NCBI GenBank assembly: GCA_016934325.1
Contig: JAFGSV010000024.1
Location: forward strand, 5,306-69,305
Direction: 5' to 3'
Length of the DNA: 64,000 nt
From: Candidatus Aenigmatarchaeota archaeon
GTDB lineage: Archaea; Aenigmatarchaeota; Aenigmatarchaeia; QMZP01; JAFGSV01
The stretch's first letter is position 1. Every line of letters starts with the position of its first letter. Positions 1 to 8,240 of this stretch are shown here, one piece after another. The position numbers and the translations under genes are program-made. The notes beneath the pieces were generated by a model. It made no database searches and was not told the origin of the DNA. It saw nothing but the letters and a program-made list of their open reading frames with translations.

Positions 1-366
1 GGCGTTCTCCGGGCCAAAAAGCTCGGCCACGCCCAACGCCATGAAAAGGAGTATTGCGAGCGATATTCCTCGCATCTTCGGGCTCTTCCCGATCATCTGG
101 TCCTTCATCAGGACGTATATGACACCGAACACGATCCCCGTCAAAACACCGCCGAATATGGCCGAAGGGAAGGAAGATATCAGGGTTATGCTGTAGAGCT
201 GCTCGGTGGAGATGGGGATGTTCGCGTTCGAGGAGAGCACGGACTGCAGCATCTGTACTATCTTCTCCTTTTCCAGGACCATGTAGAGGACCGTGACTAT
301 CCCGGCAAGGATCCCGTAGAACACCCCGGCGGCAGCGCCGCTCTTGATGCCGTGCTTCCATTCCAT
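1..366 (-). CDS. Integral membrane protein, N-terminal part only (gene runs off the window start)
   Basis: A reverse-strand ATG at 366-364 opens an uninterrupted frame down to position 1 (MEWKHGIKSGAAAGVFYGILAGIVTVLYMVLEKEK...). It has several hydrophobic stretches. It is missing from the ORF track because there is no stop inside the window. Confidence 0.5.
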   Translation of the reverse strand, partial: MEWKHGIKSGAAAGVFYGILAGIVTVLYMVLEKEKIVQMLQSVLSSNANIPISTEQLYSITLISSFPSAIFGGVLTGIVFGVIYVLMKDQMIGKSPKMRGISLAILLFMALGVAELFGPENA

Positions 367-461
367 GAAGATATTTCGCGCCCGTGGTTAAAATGCTTTC
401 ATCAATTTGTCTGACACAAAGCCGAAAATAGCATATAAGAAATATCGACCAATTATGAAAG

Positions 462-2249
462 ATGTCGAGGCTAAATGCAGGGTCAGCTGTTTACTTGGTT
501 GTGGTCGCGATGGCGATGCATGCCCTGTCATCGCCGGACGCGCTGGCGCAGACATGCCAGATGAACGGGACCATCATTACTCCAGATTCCGATGTATTCC
601 TCAGGGGCCGCTATGTGATGATAGAATCGTATCTGGACGACTGCGAAGGCAACCCTATATCCGGGGCGACGAACACCATGAGGGTCAAGCACAGCGATTC
701 CCCCAACGAGCTGCCATACTGGGAGTCGTGCTTCAACATGTCCGAGGCGGGCGGCATTTACAGCTGCTACTGGAGGGCGCCCGATGACGCCAAATTCGGC
801 TGGTACGATGTCAGGCTGGACGCCCAGAAGTCCGGCTACGGAACGGCTTCCGCCATGAAGAGAGCGTTATACATCGGATACGTCCCGGAGATACGGTCCG
901 TTTCTGTCAGCCCGCTGGCCGGCTCCCCCTGGACCGGATTCGATTTCAAGGTCCAGGTCAACGACGATGACCATTCATGGAACAACATTACCCTGTTGGT
1001 GAGCAAGGACAACGATACATGGAAGGAGATCAAGACGGTCAGGGTGAAGCCGCAACCCGCATACTCGTTGACCATGGAGGATGTCATTTTCACTCCCGAT
1101 GATGAGGGGGCGAGGTATTTCAAGTTCGTGACGGTGGATGATATCTCGCACTTCGCAGCTGAAAGCGGAGCCTATGGCTTCAAGATTTACGATTGCGGTG
1201 ACGGGACATGCGACCCTGACGAGCATTGCATGACCTGCCCGTCGGACTGCGGCTACTGCAAATCGGCCAGGATCGATGTCATCGATATCGCTTCCGATGC
1301 AGGGAATGTCATTCATCCAGCAACGATCGTCGTGACCTCGACGATAGAGTGCTCCGGCATGCGTTATGAATCGCCGTACTTGTACGGGGTGTTGGACTGC
1401 TCGGGGGCAGCAGCTGAGATACATCTCGCTGGCGACGTGCTTGGATTGGCCCCGGGCGAGGAATCCGTGCACCAGCTAGGAACGATGGAGAACGGGAGCA
1501 AAGCGGAGACATCATGGACACTGGTCACGCTCCCCAAGATACGGATGGATGAGGCGCCCCTGAGCATCCGTATCAACGTCTCCGCGAGGGAGAGCACGAA
1601 CTGCACCAACGGCTCAGCGACTTCCGATATGATATACGTGACATACAGATGCGGGAACGGCGTCTGCGACGAAGGGGAGAGCAACTGCACCTGCCCATTT
1701 GACTGCGGGAACTGCAGCGGCGTCTGCGGCGTCTGCAAGGGATACGCATGCGTGAATTCCAGCTGTGCCTGCACGACGATGGGTGATTGCTGCGGGAATT
1801 CCGTCTGCGATGCCAACGAGACGTATTCGGTCTGTCCGGGTGACTGCACCCCGGAGTGCGGGAACGGGGCCTGCGAAGCCCCGAACGAGACCCATTCGAA
1901 CTGCTGCGAGGACTGCGGATGCACGAACAACCAGACATGCAGGAACGGGGCCTGCGTGGATGAGAGGCCGAGGATATGCGTCCCGGATGCCATAAGATGC
2001 TCGGCGGGCAATCTGCATCTGTGCAGTGCCGACGGGACCGACTGGCTCATCCTCAGGATATGCGAGCACGGCTGCAGCGAATACGACCTTACATGCAACC
2101 CTGCGGGCGGTTCCGATGACTCCGCTTGGTATGTATTAGCGGTCCTAGCCATGGCTGCTGCCTTGCTGGCATACGCCTATCGCAGGAAGAGGAAGTCCAG
2201 GAAGCCGCTTTCCCTGGAAGAGGCGCTGGACGGCTTCTACGGTGCATGA
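462..2249 (+). CDS. Secreted cysteine-rich surface protein with C-terminal membrane anchor
   Basis: It has a signal-like N-terminus (AVYLVVVAMAMHALSSPDALAQ). It carries repeated modules such as CGDGTCDPDEHCMTCPSDCGYC, CGNGVCDEGESNCTCPFDCGNC and CGNSVCDANE..CPGDCTPECGNGACEAPNE..CCEDCGC. A C-terminal TM helix (WYVLAVLAMAAALLAYAY) is followed by a basic tail (RRKRKSRK). Confidence 0.75.
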   Translation: MSRLNAGSAVYLVVVAMAMHALSSPDALAQTCQMNGTIITPDSDVFLRGRYVMIESYLDDCEGNPISGATNTMRVKHSDSPNELPYWESCFNMSEAGGIYSCYWRAPDDAKFGWYDVRLDAQKSGYGTASAMKRALYIGYVPEIRSVSVSPLAGSPWTGFDFKVQVNDDDHSWNNITLLVSKDNDTWKEIKTVRVKPQPAYSLTMEDVIFTPDDEGARYFKFVTVDDISHFAAESGAYGFKIYDCGDGTCDPDEHCMTCPSDCGYCKSARIDVIDIASDAGNVIHPATIVVTSTIECSGMRYESPYLYGVLDCSGAAAEIHLAGDVLGLAPGEESVHQLGTMENGSKAETSWTLVTLPKIRMDEAPLSIRINVSARESTNCTNGSATSDMIYVTYRCGNGVCDEGESNCTCPFDCGNCSGVCGVCKGYACVNSSCACTTMGDCCGNSVCDANETYSVCPGDCTPECGNGACEAPNETHSNCCEDCGCTNNQTCRNGACVDERPRICVPDAIRCSAGNLHLCSADGTDWLILRICEHGCSEYDLTCNPAGGSDDSAWYVLAVLAMAAALLAYAYRRKRKSRKPLSLEEALDGFYGA

Positions 2250-2391
2250 CGTTAGCGCTGTAACATGAGCTTAGGATGAATTCGATTCAAGCCCCAAATC
2301 ACAGGGCAACGCGAAGAGGTAATGGGCGATTAATAAGCAATCGCAATCAAGAATTAATCAGGACATGCATATCAACTGAGATGGTGATGGG

Positions 2392-2583
2392 ATGGAGGAG
2401 GAGCGCAGGCTGACGATGTATCTTTTCATAGTGTTCATATTCCTGCTGATCATCCTTTACATGGCCAACCTGATACCCCCCGACGAGAGTAGGTTCGTCA
2501 TCACCCTGAGGATATTGATACTGGCGGCCGCCGTAATCGTTGGGTTCTTCGGGGTCCTGAGCTATTATGGCAAGTGGGGATGA
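2392..2583 (+). CDS. Small two-TM membrane protein (hypothetical)
   Basis: 63-aa ORF with two hydrophobic helices (LTMYLFIVFIFLLIILYMANLI and ILILAAAVIVGFFGVLSYY). No family was recognised. Confidence 0.35.
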   Translation: MEEERRLTMYLFIVFIFLLIILYMANLIPPDESRFVITLRILILAAAVIVGFFGVLSYYGKWG

Positions 2584-2647
2584 ATAGTGACTTCATTTCT
2601 TGAAACGCAATTTTGAGGATTTGAAAAAGCACCCAGAACCAAGAGAA

Positions 2648-3652
2648 TCAACGGAATTCGATTCCATAGGCCTCAAGAAGCATGTTGAAAGCCTCGTTTG
2701 CTGTGATGAACCTATCGAATCCCGTATTGCCTGAAAATTTAGTCGAGCCAAAGGCTCCCATGCTGCTCTTGAGATGGGGCTCAAGCGTCCAGACTTCATG
2801 GTGATCAACTACATCGATGATTGCTGTTCTCTCTTGGAGTATCTCCTTGTAACCGCCATCGCCCTGCCCGACCGCACAGAACCTCTCCTCTCCGTCGCCT
2901 GTCGGTACCAGATTATCATTCTCATCCCTTCTTCCAATCCCGTCCTTGACATGGAAGCGGCTGGTTCTATGCAGAGTCATATCATATGCCTTCTTGGGCT
3001 CGATGCCCTCGGTGATGTAGTTCATGGCATCGTATATCATGGTATAGGTTTCCCGGACTTTCGGATCCATGTTCTTAAACAGCCAGTTGAGCATTTCCGG
3101 GCTGTAACCGAAAAGTTTCCTTTCATTCTCAACGCCAAGCAGTACTCGCTCTCCGCCTTCCATGGCCGCTTCGCCCATCATGTTCATGAATTTCAGCACA
3201 TTTTGTCTAACCCTTTTGTCGCTGACATCGCTCATATCTCCCACAGGATATAGGCTGAACACCCTCAGCGCCGGAGGCGTCTCCTCTGTCGCGTATATCC
3301 TTGCAGCGGCAAGTGCGTTCTGGAAATCCCCTCCCTTCTTCATAAGATACTCTTCAAACGATTTCCTGACACCCTGCTTATTGGTGCGGGTATCCAATAC
3401 AGTGTCGTCATCCACCAGGTCCACCTTGCCTATGGGCGAACCGACAGTGGCCACCTTTCGGCCAATCGACTCCAAATCAGCCCTGTATTGCTTGTGCTTG
3501 CTCTTAGGAAGATCGATGACATTATCATTCCCGATCATCCTGATGTCAAGGTAATTGATTTTCATCCTTTGCAGCGCATATAGCTGCTTTGACCAGTCAC
3601 GGAAGCATTCGTCAATGAAAGCGGACTTTGCGATATATCCCATGATCATCAA
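2648..3652 (-). CDS. Xylose-isomerase-like TIM-barrel protein (sugar phosphate isomerase/epimerase or AP-endonuclease-2 fold)
   Basis: 334-aa ORF. It has metal-ligand-like motifs typical of the fold: LLGVENERKLFG (the Glu of VEN) and RTSRFHVKDGIG (H-x-K-D). Substrate is unknown. Confidence 0.55.
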   Translation of the reverse strand: MMIMGYIAKSAFIDECFRDWSKQLYALQRMKINYLDIRMIGNDNVIDLPKSKHKQYRADLESIGRKVATVGSPIGKVDLVDDDTVLDTRTNKQGVRKSFEEYLMKKGGDFQNALAAARIYATEETPPALRVFSLYPVGDMSDVSDKRVRQNVLKFMNMMGEAAMEGGERVLLGVENERKLFGYSPEMLNWLFKNMDPKVRETYTMIYDAMNYITEGIEPKKAYDMTLHRTSRFHVKDGIGRRDENDNLVPTGDGEERFCAVGQGDGGYKEILQERTAIIDVVDHHEVWTLEPHLKSSMGAFGSTKFSGNTGFDRFITANEAFNMLLEAYGIEFR

Positions 3653-3736
3653 GCAATAATTGTCATGAAACTTTTTATCCGTTTCGCTGATACCAAGGAC
3701 AATCTCTGCTATCGAATCAGAACATATAAAAATGAA

Positions 3737-4264
3737 TCAAGACCCTGGCGAATGGTATCTCAGTATATCGAAAAACCTAATGCCATCTTCCACCGATATG
3801 GGAACGGGATTCAAATCGTCGATCCTCAGCATGTGCTCAGCTGCCGCCTCGCAGATTCCGCCTGTGACGTTGTCAGCATCGCCCTCTACGTGGAACATGT
3901 CAGTCTGCTGCAGCATCTCTATCCCGGGTCTTTCATCGGCCGTTATCGCGTTCGGAAATGCTCGGGCCTTCCAGGAATAGACATCGACATGTCCCGTAAA
4001 CGGATATCCGCTGGCGGTGATCACGTGCTTATTACCGGAAGTGGACAGGAGGAAATGTCTCTGAAAACCGGGAAACAATGGATCATCAGGAAGAGCAACC
4101 GCTTTGAGGTGGAAAATCCTCGGATCGAATTCGAGGTGTCCAGCTTGAATATCATCAGAAGTGTATTGACGGGGGCATGCGAAGAAATATTTTCCATCAT
4201 CCTGTCTTATTCTCAAAGGTGATGCCTTCTTCGCTTCAATCTGACTCGCATACAAGGTGTCCAT
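3737..4264 (-). CDS. Hypothetical protein
   Basis: The ORF-track frame is 3737-4378. I prefer the internal start MDTLYASQ at 4264 because GGAGGA lies about 7 nt upstream on the coding strand. No family was recognised, and the upstream part of the long ORF looks like junk. Confidence 0.45.
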   Translation of the reverse strand: MDTLYASQIEAKKASPLRIRQDDGKYFFACPRQYTSDDIQAGHLEFDPRIFHLKAVALPDDPLFPGFQRHFLLSTSGNKHVITASGYPFTGHVDVYSWKARAFPNAITADERPGIEMLQQTDMFHVEGDADNVTGGICEAAAEHMLRIDDLNPVPISVEDGIRFFDILRYHSPGS

Positions 4265-4384
4265 GGCCATTCCTCCGAGAATATTCAGACGATAAATAAT
4301 ATAAATACAAAAGTGCCGAGGGCGGACGATGTTCGGTGTATGAATCCGAACCATTAACATCGATGGCGATTTATCCACGCTATT

Positions 4385-4420
4385 GATACATTTGTATCAT
4401 TTATTGTATACAAATGTATC
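4385..4420. promoter_or_regulatory. Two copies of a near-palindromic box GATACAWWTGTATC in a divergent intergenic region (candidate operator)
   Basis: GATACATTTGTATC at 4385-4398 and ATACAAATGTATC at 4408-4420 are reverse complements of each other. Each is itself nearly palindromic. A TATA-like run (TATAAAAATATA, about 4446-4457) follows, roughly 15-25 nt before the ATG at 4470. Confidence 0.4.
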
Positions 4421-4469
4421 CATCACATTTATATACGACTGTAGCTATAAAAATATACAGGTGTATCAA

Positions 4470-4865
4470 ATGAATATCGAGTCTCATAAGAGAGCGATAA
4501 GGGAAAGCCTTGAAATCATAGAGGAATCGATACGGAAAGGGGTATCGGAGAGGCAGAGGACCATAGGGTTCCATTGCTCGGTCGCGGCTGCTGACATCCT
4601 CGAGCTTTTCTTGCATTCGCGGGGGCTGATAAGCCCGGGCAAGACCATAAAGCATGATTTCTTCGCTTCGAAGAGGAAGCTGAAGGAGAGGCTGCCGGAG
4701 TTCGAACACAGGGAAAGGGCCATCGAACTCCTCACGGAGCTAGAGTCCAAGAGGAGCCTTCTCTGCTACGGCAAACCGCAAACCGAGGGGCTCATCGAAG
4801 AATACCTGTCGACATTCAACAAGATTCGGAAACTTTTTGATGGATTGGGTGCGGATTATGAATAA
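4470..4865 (+). CDS. Small alpha-helical protein, possible HEPN-like partner of the downstream nucleotidyltransferase
   Basis: 131 aa from MNIESHKRAIRE. Its stop overlaps the next gene's ATG (TATGAATAA). It has an R-x4-H string (RTIGFH), but in the N-terminal third rather than the usual HEPN position. Confidence 0.45.
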   Translation: MNIESHKRAIRESLEIIEESIRKGVSERQRTIGFHCSVAAADILELFLHSRGLISPGKTIKHDFFASKRKLKERLPEFEHRERAIELLTELESKRSLLCYGKPQTEGLIEEYLSTFNKIRKLFDGLGADYE

Positions 4866-5484
4866 GTTGCTGGTGGCCTTCGCAGCGGATTTCGTCTCTT
4901 TCCTCATCCAGAAGATCGGCAGCAAACATCTCTCGAATCTCAGAGGTGTCATACTTTTCGGTTCTGTCGCCAGGGGCGAAGCAACGAAAGAAAGCGATGT
5001 CGATATTTTCTTGGACCTGTTTAGAGAAGACGATGCGCTGTTAAAAATCGTCCCGGGAATAATCGAGGAATTCTACTCCGGCGCGATGTTCAAGAAGTAC
5101 TGGAGGCTGATGGGAATAGACAATGAAATAAAATGCGTCCCGGGCAGGCTTGATAAATGGAAGGATCTCCAACCTTCCATAATATCCGAAGGGATCACGC
5201 TTTTCGGGAAATATGCGCAGGCTGCCAAGAACGGGGGGAAATCCTTCGTCATAATAACGTGGGAAAAGGTCAGGCCCGAATCGAAAAGGGTTTTTCTGAG
5301 CAAGAAACTCTTCGGGTATTCCCTGAAAGGCAAGATGTACAAGGGTGTCCTTGATGGTACGGGAACGGTTAAGCTGGGCAGTTCATGCCTGCTCGTTCCT
5401 GTTGAGAATTCAACGCTCGTCATGGAAACATTCAAAAACATGAAAGTATGTTACAAGACATTCCATGTGAGCAGCCTAATCTGA
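4858..5484 (+). CDS. Nucleotidyltransferase-domain protein (MNT / Pol-beta superfamily)
   Basis: It carries the GS-x9-12-D-x-D signature LFGSVARGEATKESDVDIFLDL. The start ATG at 4858 overlaps the upstream stop, which suggests translational coupling. There is an extra C-terminal domain of about 110 aa. Confidence 0.7.
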   Translation: MNKLLVAFAADFVSFLIQKIGSKHLSNLRGVILFGSVARGEATKESDVDIFLDLFREDDALLKIVPGIIEEFYSGAMFKKYWRLMGIDNEIKCVPGRLDKWKDLQPSIISEGITLFGKYAQAAKNGGKSFVIITWEKVRPESKRVFLSKKLFGYSLKGKMYKGVLDGTGTVKLGSSCLLVPVENSTLVMETFKNMKVCYKTFHVSSLI

Positions 5485-6069
5485 GGATTCATTCAACAAT
5501 GTCATATATGCGAGCATTATCAATAGAGCCTGATATGCCTCGGGTGCATCAAAGAACCGAATTCAGAGTTCCAAGCTAATATATTTCCAGCTCCTTCCAT
5601 GAAAATCGATCAGGTATATAAAATTTCTTTGTATAACTTTGTATAATATTCAATGGTGACCTTATGAGAACTTATGGCTCCAATAATGCTTTTGATACCC
5701 AACATCCGCCCGGAACCCTTCAAGTTGACATACTTTTTCATTATGGAGACGGCAGGACTGACTCGGATCGGTTCTGGTATAGGGATGAATCCCCTGCTGT
5801 TGATTTCTTGGCGGCGAGAAAGCATTGGGGGATTCCAGACGGAAGAAAAAGGTATGCTGAAATCAAGATCTCAGAAGAGGCTACCGGAAGAGATGTTACA
5901 AAAAAATTATTGAAGATTGCGGAGTCCACGACGGCTATACAGGATGCCTCGCTGCCATGGGAAATCGTATCTTATGAAAGATCGTATGAAAATAGGCCTC
6001 GTCATGATTGGAGTCGTCCTTTCATGTAATTGAATGATTATTATGAAACAAACGATATCAAACGAACTT

Positions 6070-6083
6070 ATGCCTCGGGCGGG
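6070..6083. repeat. Distal copy of the 14-bp att-like direct repeat ATGCCTCGGGCGGG
   Basis: It is identical to 52079-52092, which covers the 3' end of the tRNA gene, and has the same orientation. It lies just outside the element-borne orc1/cdc6. Confidence 0.55.
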
Positions 6084-6308
6084 CAAGCATGTGAAATTGT
6101 AGTGCCTACATTTATGTTAAGATTTGTGACCCTCAACGAATAATTGTCCACGTGTTATAAATTAGTTGCGCCGGTGGTATTCCTTATTCGGAATGCATGA
6201 AAGCACGAACTTGACCCATTCAGGCGTCTCAATCTCTTTCTCGATTTCTTGGTTCATGGATAATTGTACGACAAGGACTTTTACTCCATTACATCTGCAC
6301 TTCGCTTG

Positions 6309-6320
6309 TTATGCGGATAA
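6309..6320. repeat. TTATGCGGATAA box, copy 1 (just downstream of the orc1/cdc6 stop)
   Basis: Exact 12-mer shared with 7425-7436. It is near-palindromic, with 10 of 12 positions symmetric. Confidence 0.3.
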
Positions 6321-6328
6321 CTGCCACT

Positions 6329-7369
6329 TCATTGAGCAACAGTAAATTCCCTGACTTTCCCCTGTATCGCCGCTCTCTTGGCCTGCACCAGACCGAACTC
6401 GACGAGCTTGTTACAGTAATCGGAGTACGTCCGGACAGCAATGGGCCTGATTTTTCTGCTGTCGCAGGTTTCGATATATTGCCTCCAGAGTTCTCCGGAA
6501 AGAATCCGGTTGTTTTTCGAGATCAGCTCGTAAAGAAGCCTGTGATGATCGGTCAATTTACTGACCATGTGAGTTTTGTTCAGGTCGTTCGCCGAATTCC
6601 AAGCTTTCATAACATGGGAGTTTGTGATAACGTCCTGTGCATCCTTCTCAGCCAGAAAGGCAGCATTCTTAAGAGTATGGATGGCTATCCGTGCGTCTCC
6701 CGATGCAAGGGCGGCAATTGTGTGAAAAAGACCTTCGTCGCAGGTGTCGGTGGCCAGGGCGTGACGGGCACGCTGCAACAGTATCTCGAACAGTTCGTTC
6801 TGTGTGTACTCCTGAAAGTGTATCCTGGCGGGATTGAGTCTGGATTTGATCCTGTCTTCGAGGTCGAAGTAAGCGTGCTGGGAATTGCAGGCACATATCA
6901 GGCCGGTTTTTGAGAGGCCCGAAAGATTGTACAGGATTGCGTGCCTTTCCTTGGGCGGTGGTTTATCGATTTCATCGAGGACTATTACCAGGCGTTCGCC
7001 GGAAATGTGCCTCTTAAGCCTTTCAAGCTTGAAGGAGGTGCTGAGCTTCTCCGCCCCGAGCATCCTCAGTTTCATGGCGGTTCTCTCAAGCACCGAAAAG
7101 AAGGTCGGATATTCCCAGCAATTCACGTATACGCCCCTGACACCCGCTTCTTCGGTCAGCTTTCGCAGGGCATGTATTGCGGATGCAGTCTTGCCGGCTC
7201 CTGACTTGCCATAGAGCCAGCAGTTAACGGGCTTGTCGCCGTTGGTAATCGGCCGCATACAGTTTATGATTTCATTCACGTGTGATTCCCTTGAATGGAT
7301 GTCGTTCGAGAGGTGACTCTCACTGAGGACGTCAGGGTCTATCAGTATTTCTGTTTTCTTTGATTGCAT
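6329..7369 (-). CDS. cdc6: Orc1/Cdc6 replication initiator (AAA+ ATPase plus winged helix)
   Basis: Walker A is GKSGAGKTASA and Walker B is LVIVLDEIDK. The sensor-2-like motif is SGDARIAIHTLK. The C-terminal region looks like a winged helix (YSDYCNKLVEFGLVQAK). Confidence 0.85.
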   Translation of the reverse strand: MQSKKTEILIDPDVLSESHLSNDIHSRESHVNEIINCMRPITNGDKPVNCWLYGKSGAGKTASAIHALRKLTEEAGVRGVYVNCWEYPTFFSVLERTAMKLRMLGAEKLSTSFKLERLKRHISGERLVIVLDEIDKPPPKERHAILYNLSGLSKTGLICACNSQHAYFDLEDRIKSRLNPARIHFQEYTQNELFEILLQRARHALATDTCDEGLFHTIAALASGDARIAIHTLKNAAFLAEKDAQDVITNSHVMKAWNSANDLNKTHMVSKLTDHHRLLYELISKNNRILSGELWRQYIETCDSRKIRPIAVRTYSDYCNKLVEFGLVQAKRAAIQGKVREFTVAQ

Positions 7370-7424
7370 ACAGTTTTTTCGTGCCGTACCAAGAAATAGT
7401 TTTCGTTTCTACTCGTCTTGCTGT

Positions 7425-7436
7425 TTATGCGGATAA
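7425..7436. repeat. TTATGCGGATAA box, copy 2 (about 56 nt upstream of the orc1/cdc6 start)
   Basis: Exact 12-mer shared with 6309-6320, in the same orientation. It lies in the orc1/cdc6 upstream region next to TTTTCGT direct repeats (about 7373-7410). Confidence 0.3.
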
Positions 7437-7494
7437 GAATGATGTGCTTAAACAAAAAGGAAAAAAGTATAAACTAGAAGTGACAAGTTGCGCT

Positions 7495-7880
7495 TGTTTG
7501 GTGTACCGGCAAGGGTCAAAAAAAGTGCTCTACGTCGAATGCTCCGTACGTCTGCCCAGTGGCATATACTCTCGCGTCGTCATGCACTACCAGATGCTTG
7601 ACGTCCCCTGGAGGGTACATCATTGACCATATAAACAGCAACGTCCTTGACAATCGCCGGGGCAACCTGCGATTATCGACCGTCGCCCAGAATGCATGGA
7701 ACGTGAAGAAGTGAAATCCCCACTTCGGTTACAAGAGCGTCTGCCACAACAAAACAAGGGCCTGTGGAGGGCGGGAATTGTCTATCAGGGTAAAAGAATA
7801 CACTTTAGGCTATTTCAAAGACAAAATCGCCGCCGCAACGACATACGATGTCGCCTCGATAATTCTCCCCTTATTTTTCT
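7495..7880 (+). pseudogene. Decayed HNH-AP2 type endonuclease gene (multiple frameshifts)
   Basis: The homologous pieces are spread over three frames. The HNH part is ...SRVVMHYQMLDVP / GYIIDHINSNVLDNRRGNLRLSTVAQNAWN. The AP2-like part is YKSVCHNKT / GLWRAGIVYQGKRIH / LGYFKDKIAAATTYDVAS. Stops separate the pieces. Confidence 0.65.
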
Positions 7881-8062
7881 GGAATTCCCCTAAAATTTTT
7901 TTGTCAGAAGTCATAATGGCCGATATAAAGAATATTGTGTTTAACATTGTAGACAGCTATATATTCTGGATTTAGAGATAATAGAAAGAGACAGCGGGAT
8001 TCAACCCCGCTAAGGCCGGATTTGTATAAAGACCTATAAAAATCTGGTGCGTCTCTGAAAAT

Positions 8063-8103
8063 AGCCCTGCTGATTCATATGCAATGATTCAGCGGGCTTT
8101 TTT
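8063..8103 (+). terminator. Intrinsic-terminator-like hairpin plus T-run
   Basis: AGCCC(T)GCTGATTCAT-atgca-ATGATTCAGCGGGCT forms about 14 bp with one bulge and one mismatch. TTTTTT follows immediately. It sits at the start of the AT-rich segment. Confidence 0.35.
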
Positions 8104-8240
8104 ATTCTAATTTCTTCATTCTTAGGAGCATTTTAATGCTCTCATTTTTACCTTGCAAGAAATTATACCGCATTGTAGACTTTTGTATAGGGAAAGAATC
8201 TCGATCTAAGTTGTTGAAGGAATATTCAGAGTGAAAGAAT

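Noticed and set aside
407-787. 126-aa ORF overlapping the start of the surface-protein gene
   Set aside because: It is out of frame with the 595-aa ORF, which has a signal peptide, repeats and an anchor. The translation is Arg/Gly-rich with no features.
4470-4865. Confident HEPN assignment for the small helical protein
   Set aside because: The R-x4-H string lies at residues of about 29-34 rather than in the C-terminal helix where HEPN active sites usually sit. I kept it only as a possibility.
5664-6029. 121-aa ORF between the two att-like copies, and a third ATGCCTCG string at about 5943
   Set aside because: No motif or ribosome-binding evidence is present, and several overlapping ORFs are of similar quality. 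The 8-mer match is within chance expectation. I left it unannotated.
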